A DNA stretch of 64,000 nucleotides from Polyangiaceae bacterium (GCA_035063585.1 JAPSGB010000008.1:32001-96000); one strand, 5' to 3'; positions 20,536 to 32,374 are shown, counted from the stretch's first letter. The notes: generated from the letters alone by a model not told the origin. Translations and numbers: made by a program.

Positions 20536-21219
20536 ATGCCTCGGCCACCCGGACCCTCCGAGCCTGCGCGCGGCTCCGCGCTCGATGCGGTCACCGTGGT
20601 CGCCCTCTCCGACACGCACATGCGACACCGCGAGCTGGTGGTCCCGCCGTGTGAGCTCCTCGTGCACGCGGGAGACTTCTCTCGGCGCGGCACGAGCGCG
20701 GAGACGCGCGAGTTCATCGCCTGGATGGCGAGCCAGCCCGCTCGCGAGAAGGTCCTCGTCGCCGGCAACCACGACCGCTTCGCCGAGCTCGAGCCGGAGC
20801 GGCTCCGCGAGCTCACCGTGCGCAGCGGGATACGCTACCTATTCGACGAGGAGGTGACGCTCCTCGGGCTCCGCATCTGGGGCTCGCCGGTCACTCCGGC
20901 CTTCCGCAGCATGGCCTTCAACCGCGAGCGCGGCGCGGCCATCCGCCGGCACTGGGACGCCATCCCCGCGGGGCTCGACCTCCTCGTCACGCACGGGCCG
21001 CCCCAGGGCATCGGCGATCGCGCCTTCTTCGGCGCGCATGTCGGCTGCGAAGCGCTCATGGACGCGGTGCGGCAGCGGCCGCCGCGCGCGCACGTCTTCG
21101 GTCACATCCACGAGGCGGCCGGTGAGTACCGCGACGCCGGACTCCCGACGCGCTTCCTCAACGTCGCCATCGCTCGCTGGCTCGGAGGTACTCGCCCGGC
21201 GGTGACCTTCACGCTGTGA
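20536..21219 (+). CDS. Calcineurin-like metallophosphoesterase
   Basis: SDTH, HAGD, GNHD, THGPP, FGHIHE motifs. Confidence 0.92.
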   Translation: MPRPPGPSEPARGSALDAVTVVALSDTHMRHRELVVPPCELLVHAGDFSRRGTSAETREFIAWMASQPAREKVLVAGNHDRFAELEPERLRELTVRSGIRYLFDEEVTLLGLRIWGSPVTPAFRSMAFNRERGAAIRRHWDAIPAGLDLLVTHGPPQGIGDRAFFGAHVGCEALMDAVRQRPPRAHVFGHIHEAAGEYRDAGLPTRFLNVAIARWLGGTRPAVTFTL

Positions 21220-21257
21220 ACCGAGCCGGAGCGCTCGGCGGGAGGGGGAGGGGAGGT

Positions 21258-21309
21258 CGGTCCGGCGCGGAACCGCGCGGGGCGGGCCGCGCGGTTCCGC
21301 GCCGGACCG
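21258..21309. repeat. Second copy of the REP-doublet palindrome
   Basis: Same 23-bp arms as 6225-6331 (21258-21280 and 21287-21309), here with a 6-nt loop. Flanks GT (5') and GCAA (3') are also the same. Confidence 0.85.
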
Positions 21310-21352
21310 GCAAACCCAAAAAAACCGGGGAGAACGCCCAGGAGCGTCGCCA

Positions 21353-22881
<1,529 letters not shown>

Positions 22882-22888
22882 GGCGAGC

Positions 22889-23452
22889 ATGGCGGAGCTA
22901 TCGCAAATCGAGCTCGAGATCGTCACCCCCGAGGGGATCCAGCTTCGCGCCCGCGCGCACGATCTCACCGCGCCGAGCGTGGAGGGGGAGTTCGGCGTGC
23001 TGCCCGGGCATCGGCCGCTGCTCGCCGCGCTGAAGACCGGCATCATCAGCTACCACGACGCCGCCGGGGAGTCGCACTACGTGGCGGTGGGCCCCGGGTT
23101 CGTCGAGGTCAGCGAGGATCGGGCCCTCGTCCTCACCGATCGCTTCGTCGCCAAGGGGGACGTCGATCCGGTGCGGGTCAGACTCGACCTCAAGGAGGCG
23201 GACGACGCGCTCGACCGGTTCACCGGCGAGCCTGGCAGCCCCGAGCACGGCGCGCTCATCCTCGCCGAGACCTGGGCGGCAGCGCAGCTCGAGCTCTACG
23301 GTGATCCGCCGCCGCCCATGGTCCGCACCTTCTCCGAGTTCCAGCTCATCCCGCACGAGGACTACCTCGTCACCGACGAGGCCGCGCCGATCAGCGAGGC
23401 GTACTACGAAGCGCGCGATCAGAAGCAGGCCGCGAAGCACTCCGAGGAGTAG
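22889..23452 (+). CDS. atpC: F1Fo ATP synthase subunit epsilon with C-terminal extension
   Basis: LEIVTPE...APSVEGEFGVLPGHRPLLAALKTG...GFVEV; follows atpD. Confidence 0.9.
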   Translation: MAELSQIELEIVTPEGIQLRARAHDLTAPSVEGEFGVLPGHRPLLAALKTGIISYHDAAGESHYVAVGPGFVEVSEDRALVLTDRFVAKGDVDPVRVRLDLKEADDALDRFTGEPGSPEHGALILAETWAAAQLELYGDPPPPMVRTFSEFQLIPHEDYLVTDEAAPISEAYYEARDQKQAAKHSEE

Positions 23453-23470
23453 GCTCGTCGGGCGACCGAC

Positions 23471-23926
23471 TCACGCGCCGCCGTCCGCGAGCGCGCGGCG
23501 GCGGGCGGCCGCGTCGTAGACGAGGATGGCGCGGTCGAGGACTATCTCCCCGTCGAGGAGCACGCGCACGTTCCAGAGCCCGAGCGGATCGCCGGGCTGG
23601 AACGCGATGAGCTGATCGAAGCGGGCCTGCTCGGGCCGGAGATCGGCGTCCGCGAGCGCCGTGACCCGGCGCGCGCCGGGCTTGCCCGGGGGGCGCTCGA
23701 TCTCCCAGCGCACGTGGTGCGCCTTCGGCTCGACTCGCGAGAGGTCGAGCCGAAACCCTTGGCTCTGGCGGGTGCGGTCGAGCTCGAACGGGATCTCGTC
23801 ACGCTCCTGCACCTGTCCGCCGAAGAAGACTCCGAGCCGCGCGTCCACGAGCGGCGCGGGGGCCCGCTCGGCGCGGCCGCACGCGATGGCGAGGAGCGCG
23901 GCGAGCGCGCCGACCAGGCGTCTCAT
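23471..23926 (-). CDS. Hypothetical lipoprotein
   Basis: ATG 23926 overlaps the rsmA stop; lipobox LAIAC. Confidence 0.7.
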   Translation of the reverse strand: MRRLVGALAALLAIACGRAERAPAPLVDARLGVFFGGQVQERDEIPFELDRTRQSQGFRLDLSRVEPKAHHVRWEIERPPGKPGARRVTALADADLRPEQARFDQLIAFQPGDPLGLWNVRVLLDGEIVLDRAILVYDAAARRRALADGGA

Positions 23927-24753
23927 CGGCGAAGCTCCTGCGCCATGCGCGCGAAGTCTGCCACGCCGAGCGTCTCGCCGCGCTGCTCGAGGCTGACCTT
24001 CGCGCGCTCGGCCGCCGCCGCGAGCGCGGCGCCGTCCGTCCCGAGCACGCCATGCCAAGCGTTTCGGAGCTTCTTCCGGCGCTGCCCGAAGGCGGCGCGG
24101 ACCAGGCCGCGGAAGGCGTCGTCCTCCTCGGCGAGCAGGGCCGCGCGCGGCTCGAGCACCAGCACCGCCGAGTCGACGCCCGGCTGGGGATGGAAAGCGC
24201 CGCGCTTGATCACGAACGCGCGGGTCGGCGAGAACGCGGCCTGGACGAACACGCTGAGCGCCCCGTAGGCGGGCGTCCCCGGCGCCGCCGAGACGCGGTC
24301 GGCCACCTCGAGCTGCACCAGGAACACCGCGCGGTCGAGCGCGCGCGAGAGCCCCACGGTCTTTTCGAGCAGCGGCCCGGTGATCTGGTAGGGCAGATTG
24401 CCCGCGAGCACGTGCGGCCTCGGGCCGCCCTCGAGGAGGGCGCTCACGTTCACCGTCTTCGCGTCGTCCTCGGCCACCCGGAGCTTGGGGCTGGTGAGCG
24501 CGCTCGCGAGCAGCGGGACGAGATCGCGATCGCGCTCCACGGCGACGACGCGTTCGGCGCGGGCGAGGAGCGGTCGGGTGAGCGCGCCGAGCCCGGCTCC
24601 GAGCTCGATCACGGTGCCGCCGGGCGGCGTGGTCGCGAGCTCCGCGATCCGCTCGGCGAGCCGCGCGTCGGCGAGGAAGTTCTGGCCGAAGTGCTTCTTC
24701 GGTCGCAGCCCGTGCAGGGCGAGCTGCGCGCTCGGATGATCGGAGGAGGCCAT
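23923..24753 (-). CDS. rsmA: 16S rRNA m6,2A dimethyltransferase RsmA/KsgA
   Basis: PKKHFGQNFL, ELGAGLG, AGNLPYQIT, QLEVADR, FGQRRKKLRN. Confidence 0.97.
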   Translation of the reverse strand: MASSDHPSAQLALHGLRPKKHFGQNFLADARLAERIAELATTPPGGTVIELGAGLGALTRPLLARAERVVAVERDRDLVPLLASALTSPKLRVAEDDAKTVNVSALLEGGPRPHVLAGNLPYQITGPLLEKTVGLSRALDRAVFLVQLEVADRVSAAPGTPAYGALSVFVQAAFSPTRAFVIKRGAFHPQPGVDSAVLVLEPRAALLAEEDDAFRGLVRAAFGQRRKKLRNAWHGVLGTDGAALAAAAERAKVSLEQRGETLGVADFARMAQELRR

Positions 24754-24758
24754 GGTCG

Positions 24759-26330
24759 TCAGCGCCCGCGCGGCCCGCCCGCCTCGCTCGCTCGCGCGCG
24801 TAATCGCTCGACCCGCACCCCGAGGCGCCGGAGCGCGCGCTCGCCGCGCGTACGGGCCGCCCGCGCGCGCACCTCCACCGCGTCGGCGATGATCCCCGCG
24901 AGCGGACTCTCGTGGCGCGGCACCCCGCGCTCGGGGATCATGTCGATCCAGCCGATCGTGACGCCCCGACGCGGCTGCTCGGCGAGCGCGCGCGCGAGAT
25001 CCGGGCGCGCCGACGGATCGAACGGCGATGACCAGAGGTAGATGAGGCTCGGGGTCGGTCGCTCGCGCCGGAGCCGCGTCAGCGTCTCGGCGAGGCGCCG
25101 GTCGGTGCGCGGCTGCTCGGGCTCCGCGCGCGGAGGTGAGCCGATGCCGAAGGCCGACAGGTAGCGGCGCAGCGCCCGCTCGCGGCGCCCGGCGGCCCAG
25201 GGAGAGAGCGCGGGGAAGGGCGCGCGCTCGCGCGCGCGCTCCGCGCGTCGGACCACGCGATCGAGCTCGGAGGCACGCACCTCCGCGGTCGCGGCCGGGT
25301 CGAGCGGCCGGAGGTGCTCGAGCACGCGGAGCGCGACGCCCACCTCGTCGAGCGCGCTCCGATCGGCGTCGAGCGTGCCGGTCTGGTTGGCGAGCGCGTT
25401 CATCAGCGCGATGCCGTGCCCGGGGCCGCGCTCGGGCGGGAGCCAGGCCAGCACCCGCGAGGCGACGATGGCCAGCCCGACGCGGTCGCCGCGGGCGAGA
25501 TGCCGCTCGGCGACCGCGGCGACCTCGTCGATGGCGAGATCGAGCGGCGCTTGCCCGGACACGCCGGCCCAGTGCTCGGTGGAGGCGTCGAGCAGGAGCC
25601 AGACGATGTCGCGCTCCTCGCGCTCGTAGTCGCGCACGAGCAGGATCCCCCGCCGGGCCGAGGCCTTCCAGGCGATGCGCCTGAACGGATCGCCGGTCTG
25701 GTGCTCGCGGAGCTCGCGGAGCTCGCCGCCGTCACCGGAGAGCGGCCCGGGTCGGCCCGCCTCGGCGGTCATTCGGCTCCGGCCGCCGCGCGCCGAGCGC
25801 ATGGCGAGCCCGAACGCGCGCGGCAGGACCTCGAGGCCGAAGGGGTTGGCGAAGGTGAGCGGGACCTCGTAGAGCCCCGGGTTTCCCTCGACCTCGAGCG
25901 AGAGCCCGTGGATCCCGTAGCGGCCCACGCGGGACGCGGAGATCTCGATGGTCACGCCGAGCCGCCCGCTCGCCGGCACCTCGCCCTCGGATGGATCGAC
26001 GCTGAGCGTGAGCTCCGGCGACGCGGTCGCGCGCAGCGAGACGTAGCGCGCGGCGCGCGTGTCGCGGTTTCGGACCTCGGCCTCGAGCTCCACGACCTCG
26101 CCCCGCGCGACCCGCCGCACGCGCGGCTCGCTCTTCCAGAGCATCTCGAAGCCGGCCGCGCGCACCCGGGAGACGCTGAGCCGCGTGACCGCGCGGGCGA
26201 TGGTGAGCCCCACGAGCAGCGCCCCCGTCCAGGCGACCACCGCGGCCTGCCCCGTCGCCACGCCCACCGCGACGCCGACGATGCCTGCGATCGCGAGATC
26301 GACGGCGGCGCGGGTGGGATGGAGCTCCAC
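24759..26330 (-). CDS. DUF58 domain membrane protein (MoxR-associated, vWA-like)
   Basis: ELRELREHQTGDPFRRIAWKASARRG.LLVRDYERE...LLLDAS; N-terminal TMs. Confidence 0.88.
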   Translation of the reverse strand: MELHPTRAAVDLAIAGIVGVAVGVATGQAAVVAWTGALLVGLTIARAVTRLSVSRVRAAGFEMLWKSEPRVRRVARGEVVELEAEVRNRDTRAARYVSLRATASPELTLSVDPSEGEVPASGRLGVTIEISASRVGRYGIHGLSLEVEGNPGLYEVPLTFANPFGLEVLPRAFGLAMRSARGGRSRMTAEAGRPGPLSGDGGELRELREHQTGDPFRRIAWKASARRGILLVRDYEREERDIVWLLLDASTEHWAGVSGQAPLDLAIDEVAAVAERHLARGDRVGLAIVASRVLAWLPPERGPGHGIALMNALANQTGTLDADRSALDEVGVALRVLEHLRPLDPAATAEVRASELDRVVRRAERARERAPFPALSPWAAGRRERALRRYLSAFGIGSPPRAEPEQPRTDRRLAETLTRLRRERPTPSLIYLWSSPFDPSARPDLARALAEQPRRGVTIGWIDMIPERGVPRHESPLAGIIADAVEVRARAARTRGERALRRLGVRVERLRARASEAGGPRGR

Positions 26331-26370
26331 CCGCCGAGGTTAGGCTCGACGCTCTCGAGAGTCGAGGCCG

Positions 26371-26961
26371 CTAGCGGCCGCCGTCGCAGCTCGCGCCACC
26401 CCGCGCCGCGCAGAGCTCCCGGGCGCGCTCGCCGAGCGCCACCGACTCCTTCGGATTCGCCGGTCCGCCGATCCCGGCTGCGAGCAGGCGTGCCGCGCGC
26501 TCGCAGGGGCGAGGATCCCGCGCGCGGACGCACGCCTGCACGTCGAGGGTCCGCGCGCGACGGCGGAGCTCGAAGATCCGAGCTCCGTCGGCCTCCGCGC
26601 CCGGCGCGCGCTCGAGGGCGCCCGCGGCTGCGAGGCACGCCGCCGGATCGCCCCACGCGCATCGGCGGATGGTCGTGTCGATGGCCTCCGGCGCGCCGGC
26701 CTCGGGCGCGCTGGGCGCGGCGTGCGCGAGCCCCGCGGGGGCGCCCGGCGGCTCCCCCGCGCGCGGGGTCGGGCTCGATGCGTCATGCTCGGCGTCGCCC
26801 TCGAGCGGGCTCGGGGCGGGGGCGAGCGTCGTCTCGAGCCGCTCCGCGGTCGGCGCGCGCTCGGCGAGCCACACCGCGGCGAGCGCGCCGAGGCACGCGC
26901 CGGCGACGATCGCGGCGACCAGCGCCGTGCGAGCCTGTAGCGGAGCCTGCCGTTCTCCCAC
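26371..26961 (-). CDS. Membrane-anchored protein with Cys-containing Sel1-like repeats
   Basis: TM, Pro/Ala linker, repeats RCAWGDPAAC, ACVRARDPRPC, LCAARGGASC, and GIGGPANPKES. Confidence 0.55.
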   Translation of the reverse strand: MGERQAPLQARTALVAAIVAGACLGALAAVWLAERAPTAERLETTLAPAPSPLEGDAEHDASSPTPRAGEPPGAPAGLAHAAPSAPEAGAPEAIDTTIRRCAWGDPAACLAAAGALERAPGAEADGARIFELRRRARTLDVQACVRARDPRPCERAARLLAAGIGGPANPKESVALGERARELCAARGGASCDGGR

Positions 26962-27019
26962 GCGGCGCGACTATACTCTCGGGCGCGGAGCGGCGGCACT
27001 CGGTCCGCGCCCCTGGCGA

Positions 27020-28801
27020 ATGCGCGGTATAAAGAGAGCAGTCGGTCTCCTCGTAGCGCTCGCCATTTCGAGGGGAGCGGCCGCCGCGTCGCCGAAGTGG
27101 TCGCCCTACGAGCTCTCCACCATCGAGCGGGTGCTCGGCACGGAGCACGTCGAGCTCATCGACCCCGATCCGGACGGGAAGCTCATCGAGAGCATCGAGC
27201 TTGCGCCGCTCGACGTCTTCGATGAGCGGGATCCGATCCCCGACTTCGTCAACGTGTTCCACGTCACCACGCGCCGGCGCGTGGTGCGGCGCGAGCTCCT
27301 GTTCGGGGTCGGTGATCGGTGGAGCGAGCTCGCGGTCGCTGAGTCGGCCCGTAACCTGCGCGCCCTCCCGCAGCTCTCGCTGGTGCTCATCGTGCCGCTG
27401 CGTGGGAGCCGCCCGGGGCGGGTGCGGGTGCTGGTCGTCACCCGCGACGTCTGGAGCCTCCGGCTCTCCAGCAACTTCGGCTACGCCGCCGGCGCGCTCA
27501 CCTTTCTCGTGGTCCAGCCGGCGGAGATCAACCTGTTCGGCACCCACACCACGGTCGGCACGCTCTTCACCCTGCGTCCCGACACCTACTCGTTCGGCGG
27601 CCTGTTCGCCGATCCGAGAATCGCCGGCAGCGGGCTCCAAGGCGGCCTCAGCGGCAACGTGATCGTCAACCGCGAGACGGGGCGTCCGGAGGGCTCTTCC
27701 GGGAGTTTCAGCTACGGCAAGCCGCTCTACTCGGTCGAGAGCCGCTGGGCGTGGAACGCGAAGGCGGTGTGGAAGACCAACATCGAGCGGTACTACATCG
27801 GGAGCGTTCCGCGCACCTACGACTCGCCGCTCACCCAGGACGACGACCGGATCCCCTACCAATACTCGGCGGACTCGTGGTTTGGCGCTTACGAGCTCAC
27901 GCGCTCGTTCGGCCGCGAGTTCAAGCACGACGTCTCGGTTGGCGCGGAGGCGATCCGGCAGCGATTCCGCGCCGAACCGACCCGAGGGGCCAACCCCATC
28001 GCCGCGCGGGACTTCGCCGAGACCGAGGTCCCGACCAGCGACACCCGGCTGAGCCCGTACCTCCAGGTCGACACCTACACGCCGCGCTATCTGAGGGTGC
28101 ACGACTTCAACACGCTCGGGCTCGTGGAGGAGTACCGGCTCGGGCACGAGGTCCTCTCGCGCGTGTATCCGGCGAGCCGGGAGGTCGGCTCGTCGCGGAA
28201 TCTGCTCGGGACGTACCTCGCGGTTTCGTACACGATGGCGCTCGGCGACGGGCTCGCGCGCGCGCTCGCCGCGTCGCGGGTCGAGTTTGCCTCGCCCGAC
28301 GAGCGCGACGCACTCTTCGAGGCTCGCGTCCGGGTCGTCACGCCGAGCTTCGGCGTCGGGCGCGTCGTCTACGACGTCGAGGTCGCCAACCACTATCGAA
28401 ATTACCTGAACGAGCGCTACACCATCGGCGGCAACACGCGCCTCCGCGGCTATCCCTCGGATCGCTTTCGCGGAGAGGATCTGGTCGCGGGCACCCTCGA
28501 ATACCGCTCCTTGCCGGTCTCGATCCTCTCCGCCGAGGTCGGAGGCGCGCTGTTCTATGACGTCGGTGACGCCTTCGACGGCTTCGAGGCCCTCCGCCCG
28601 AAGCAGGATGTGGGCGTCGGCCTGCGCGTGCTCTTCCCGCAGGTCGACCGGATCGTGCTTCGCGCCGACTGGGGCTTCCCGCTCACGCCCGGCTTCGACC
28701 CGCTGCCCGGCGCGCTGTTCGTCACCTTCGGGCAGGCGTTCCCGATGCCTTCCATCCTGCCGCCGAGCTCGACCCGCAAGCGCACCGACCTCGATCAGTA
28801 G
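27020..28801 (+). CDS. Omp85 (BamA/TamA-like) outer-membrane protein with POTRA-like domain
   Basis: Signal peptide from ATG 27020. TRRRVVRRELLF..GD...ESARNLR POTRA segment; GGNTRLRGY, FYDVGDAF, GVGLR...RADWGF. Confidence 0.85.
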   Translation: MRGIKRAVGLLVALAISRGAAAASPKWSPYELSTIERVLGTEHVELIDPDPDGKLIESIELAPLDVFDERDPIPDFVNVFHVTTRRRVVRRELLFGVGDRWSELAVAESARNLRALPQLSLVLIVPLRGSRPGRVRVLVVTRDVWSLRLSSNFGYAAGALTFLVVQPAEINLFGTHTTVGTLFTLRPDTYSFGGLFADPRIAGSGLQGGLSGNVIVNRETGRPEGSSGSFSYGKPLYSVESRWAWNAKAVWKTNIERYYIGSVPRTYDSPLTQDDDRIPYQYSADSWFGAYELTRSFGREFKHDVSVGAEAIRQRFRAEPTRGANPIAARDFAETEVPTSDTRLSPYLQVDTYTPRYLRVHDFNTLGLVEEYRLGHEVLSRVYPASREVGSSRNLLGTYLAVSYTMALGDGLARALAASRVEFASPDERDALFEARVRVVTPSFGVGRVVYDVEVANHYRNYLNERYTIGGNTRLRGYPSDRFRGEDLVAGTLEYRSLPVSILSAEVGGALFYDVGDAFDGFEALRPKQDVGVGLRVLFPQVDRIVLRADWGFPLTPGFDPLPGALFVTFGQAFPMPSILPPSSTRKRTDLDQ

Positions 28802-28804
28802 CGC

Positions 28805-29764
28805 TCAGGTGGCGCCGCTCTTCTTCTTGAGCGCCTGGACGAGGGCGTCGAGAGCGCCACGATACTCCGCCTGCAGCTTGCCGATGCGGTCATCGAGCAC
28901 CTGGAGCGCCTGCTTGCCTTGCTCGACCTCGGCGTCGAGCTTGCCCTTGGCCGCCTGGTCTGCCTCGAGGTGGGCCTTGGCCGTCTGCTTGGTCGCGCTG
29001 GAGGCTCGCGCGTCGGCGATGGTGGCCTCCGCCGCCTGGATCGACCGGTCGAGGGTGCTCCGCACCTCGCTCGCCTCGCGGAGCAGGCGGTCGAGCCGGG
29101 CCTTGGTCGCGACCACGTCGATGTGGGCGAGGTAGCTCGCCTGGGCGATCTCGTCGGCTTGGGTGATGAGTTTGTCCAGGTTCTGCTTGCCGAGCGCGTC
29201 CGAGTGCGACTCGATGTAGGCCTGCGCCTCGTTGCGTTCGCGCAGCCGCTTCTCGAGTTGCTTGTCCATCGAGGTCTCGAGGGCGCGCGCGGTCGGGCTG
29301 TAGGCGTCGACCTCGCAGCCCTTCTGCTTGGCCGCGTAGTTGGCGGCGCCGCCCACCTTCTTCTCGATTTCGCTCTTCTCGTCGTCGAAAAAAGAGCGGA
29401 CACCCTCCACCTCGGCGGCGCGCGCGACGTAGGCGCTGCTTCGGCCGGCCTGATCGGCGGCCGCGACGACCTCGAGCACGCCGTTCCAATCCGGTTTGTC
29501 GAGCGCCGCGGGGTAGTCGGAGAACTTCAGGGTGAGCTCGCGCACCTTGGCCTCGGCGATGACGAAGCGGTCGCGCGCGCGAGAGAGTTCGTCGGGGAAG
29601 CGCGCCGCGTAGCCTTCCTGCCCCGCCGAGGACGCCACGACCGGACCCTCGCCCTGCCGCGGGGTGCAGGCCGCCGCCGAGGTCGACGCGATGATTCCAG
29701 CGAGCAGGAGCGATGATGAGCGGTTCACGCGGCCGAGTAGAGCCGGCGCCAGCGCCGTGGTCAA
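28805..29764 (-). CDS. Hypothetical coiled-coil lipoprotein
   Basis: AAAC lipobox-like site and Ala/Glu/Lys-rich helical composition with good codon usage. Start may be GTG 29728. Confidence 0.7.
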   Translation of the reverse strand: MTTALAPALLGRVNRSSSLLLAGIIASTSAAACTPRQGEGPVVASSAGQEGYAARFPDELSRARDRFVIAEAKVRELTLKFSDYPAALDKPDWNGVLEVVAAADQAGRSSAYVARAAEVEGVRSFFDDEKSEIEKKVGGAANYAAKQKGCEVDAYSPTARALETSMDKQLEKRLRERNEAQAYIESHSDALGKQNLDKLITQADEIAQASYLAHIDVVATKARLDRLLREASEVRSTLDRSIQAAEATIADARASSATKQTAKAHLEADQAAKGKLDAEVEQGKQALQVLDDRIGKLQAEYRGALDALVQALKKKSGAT

Positions 29765-29826
29765 CCGGCAGCGCGCTCGCGGTGGGGCGGGCGACCGGCC
29801 GCTCGGGTCGCGCTCGCCCGGGGGGC

Positions 29827-30798
29827 TCAGGTCGGCCGGACCGCGCGCCGATAGCCGACGTGGGCGAGCGCGTCCTCGACGATCGAGGTGCGCGCGCGCG
29901 GGTCGCCCTCGAGCTCGGGGATCAGCACCAGGCGGTGAGCGAGCACCGGCGCCGCGACCCGGCGCACGTCATCGGGCGTGACGAAGGGGCGCCCCGCGAT
30001 GACCGCGCACGCCTTGGCGGCGCGGAGCAAGCCGAGCGAGGCCCGGGGCGAGGCGCCGAGCACGACTCGCGAGTGGTTTCGAGTGTGGATGCTGAGCGCC
30101 ACCGCGTACTCGTAGATGTCGTCTTCCACATGGACGCGCGAGGCGATCGACTGGAGCGTCAGCGCGTCGCTCGCCCCGAGCACGGGCTTCGGCTCCGGGG
30201 CCGCGATGCCGTGGGTGCGGAGCATCGCCACCTCGTCGCGAGGTTGCGGGTAGCTCATGCGGACGCGGACCAGGAACCGGTCGATCTGCGCCTCCGGCAG
30301 CGGGTAGGTCCCCTCGAGATCGATGGGGTTCTGCGTCGCGAGGACGATGAACGGGTCCGGCAGCTCGAAGCGATCGCCCTCCACGGTCACCTGCCGCTCC
30401 TGCATCGCCTCGAGCAGCGCCGACTGGGTCTTGGCCGGGGCTCGGTTGATCTCGTCCGCCAAGACGACGTTGGCGAACACCGGCCCCGCGCGGAGCGAGA
30501 AGGTCCCGTCCTTCGGGCTGAGGACGTAGGTGCCGGTGATGTCCGCGGGGAGCAGATCCGGCGTGAATTGCACGCGTCGTACCGTACAGCCGAGCGTGAT
30601 CGCGAACGCCTTCACGAGCGTGGTCTTGGCGACGCCCGGGACACCCTCGAGCAGCACGTGGCCGCGGGCGAGGAGCGCCACCAGCATCATGTCTACCGGC
30701 TCGACGTCGCCCATATAGACCCTGCCGACCTGCGCGCGTACGTCGGCGAGCCGCTCGCGGGCTGCCTCGATCTCGCTGATCTGCAAGGCTTGGGTCAT
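29827..30798 (-). CDS. MoxR-family AAA+ ATPase
   Basis: HVLLEGVPGVAKT, RVQFTPDLLPADITG, LADEINRAPAKTQSALLEAMQE, ATQNPIDLEGTYPLPEAQIDRF. Confidence 0.96.
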   Translation of the reverse strand: MTQALQISEIEAARERLADVRAQVGRVYMGDVEPVDMMLVALLARGHVLLEGVPGVAKTTLVKAFAITLGCTVRRVQFTPDLLPADITGTYVLSPKDGTFSLRAGPVFANVVLADEINRAPAKTQSALLEAMQERQVTVEGDRFELPDPFIVLATQNPIDLEGTYPLPEAQIDRFLVRVRMSYPQPRDEVAMLRTHGIAAPEPKPVLGASDALTLQSIASRVHVEDDIYEYAVALSIHTRNHSRVVLGASPRASLGLLRAAKACAVIAGRPFVTPDDVRRVAAPVLAHRLVLIPELEGDPRARTSIVEDALAHVGYRRAVRPT

Positions 30799-32126
30799 GA
30801 GCTCCTCCCGCGTCTCGCGTCCGCTTCTGCCAGGAGATCGAGCACCTGTTCGCGAACGCGCGTGAGCGTGTTCTCCTTGACGGGGAAGGAGCGCGACGCC
30901 ATCACGGCGGCCTCGGCGCGATTCATCTCGGCGAGCATGGCCTTCAAGGCCCCGGACGATTGCCGACTCAGAGCGCCTTGTCGATCAATCTCTTCGACGA
31001 GCGTCGAGTTCGCTGCGCCGGGCGCGAGCCCGAGCCGCTCGCCAAGCCCCTCGACGAGCGCGCTCCGTAGCTCGAGCAACGCGAGCACGCGCTCGGTGGT
31101 CGGCGCGGCGAGCACCGCGGCGCGCCCGGCGGCGCCTCCTTGGGCCACGAGCGGGGTCTCGGCGACGAAGCGCAGCGGGCTCGGCCGGAATGGTCGCGTC
31201 GAGACGACCCCCATCCAGGCCACCACGCCGAGCGCCGCGAGCGCGGCGAGCAAGGTCGCCGCGAGCTCGGGCAGGCCGTCGCGCCGCACGGTCGTGACCA
31301 GCCCGGCGAGCGCGCTCAGGCGATCGCCGAGCTCGTCGGCGAGGCCTGCCTTCCCGCCGAACCGCCCGCGCTGCGTCAGTCGGTTCGCGACGACGTACAG
31401 CTTGCCACCGCGCACGCCCCAGCCGTCGTCCTCGACGAGGTAGTCGACGAGCCCTTCGGCGAAGGCGCGGTTGCCGGGGTACCTGAGCATCTGGTTTATC
31501 ACCACCGACGGATCGCCCATGGCGAAGAGGCGTCCGCGGTTCGCGATGATTCCGGTCACCGCGAGGGTCGCGTTCGGCTCGCCGAGCGCCGGTATCTCGA
31601 GCACGGGCGTGAGGTTCGGGTGGGTGAGCGCGGTCGCGTGGTTGGTGACGAGCTTCGAGACCCCGGCGACCACCGGGTGGCGACCTTGCTCGTACCCCGC
31701 GACCTCCTGGACGACCGGCACGGCGACGGCGAGCGCGGGGTTCTCGCGCAGCATCCCCGCCGGGCGCCGCGGGGTCGGGATGCGGCGGATGTGAAAGCGC
31801 TCGAAGAACCCGCTGGCCGCGCCGTAGTCGTCGAGCACCGCCAGGCGCCCGCCCGCGCGAAGGAACGCGCTCAGCTGCTCGAAGTCGAGCGCGACCTCCG
31901 GGCGCAGGACGAGGACGCCGTCGCCGGCCCCGAGCGCGCCGTAGTCGAGCGTGTCCGTGACGACCACCCGCTCCGGGCCGAGCCGACGACGCGCGAGGTC
32001 CACGAGCTCGCTGGTCCCCCGCCAGGAGCTGTCCTGCCCTTCGAAGGAGGCGCCCCGGGCGCCCGCCGCGCTCAGGAGCCCGACGACGACCGCCAGGACC
32101 GAGAGCGCGTGGCGGCGGCTCGACAT
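30795..32126 (-). CDS. DUF4350-like membrane protein (MoxR module)
   Basis: Signal peptide from ATG 32126, WRGTSELV, FLRAGGRLAVLDD, GDPSVVINQML..PGNRAF, later TM. Coupled to the MoxR gene. Confidence 0.75.
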   Translation of the reverse strand: MSSRRHALSVLAVVVGLLSAAGARGASFEGQDSSWRGTSELVDLARRRLGPERVVVTDTLDYGALGAGDGVLVLRPEVALDFEQLSAFLRAGGRLAVLDDYGAASGFFERFHIRRIPTPRRPAGMLRENPALAVAVPVVQEVAGYEQGRHPVVAGVSKLVTNHATALTHPNLTPVLEIPALGEPNATLAVTGIIANRGRLFAMGDPSVVINQMLRYPGNRAFAEGLVDYLVEDDGWGVRGGKLYVVANRLTQRGRFGGKAGLADELGDRLSALAGLVTTVRRDGLPELAATLLAALAALGVVAWMGVVSTRPFRPSPLRFVAETPLVAQGGAAGRAAVLAAPTTERVLALLELRSALVEGLGERLGLAPGAANSTLVEEIDRQGALSRQSSGALKAMLAEMNRAEAAVMASRSFPVKENTLTRVREQVLDLLAEADARRGRSS

Positions 32127-32346
32127 CCCGGGGAGCTTAGCGCCGTTCTCGAGCGCTTCGGGAAGCCAGGGGGCGAGCGAAATGCAGGGGAGGCTGGCCG
32201 GGGCGGCGCGGCCGGCGTCCGATCGCGGGCCGCCTGGGAGAGCGGGGGCTCGAGACCCTATTTGCGAGGGCGTGCTCGCCACGGCAGAAAGAGTGCACCG
32301 AGCGCGCCCCGTCGCCCGTCAAAGAAAAAAGATACGGGCCGACTTC

Positions 32347-32374
32347 TTGACCAGTGGAGCGGCAAAGTTAGATT
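32347..32374 (+). promoter_or_regulatory. Candidate sigma-70 promoter
   Basis: TTGACC-N16-TAGATT in an AT-richer divergent intergenic region. Confidence 0.55.

Noticed and set aside
21258..21325. Rho-independent terminator after the metallophosphoesterase
   Set aside because: The hairpin is followed by an A-run rather than a U-run on the coding strand and is better explained as a dispersed repeat copy.
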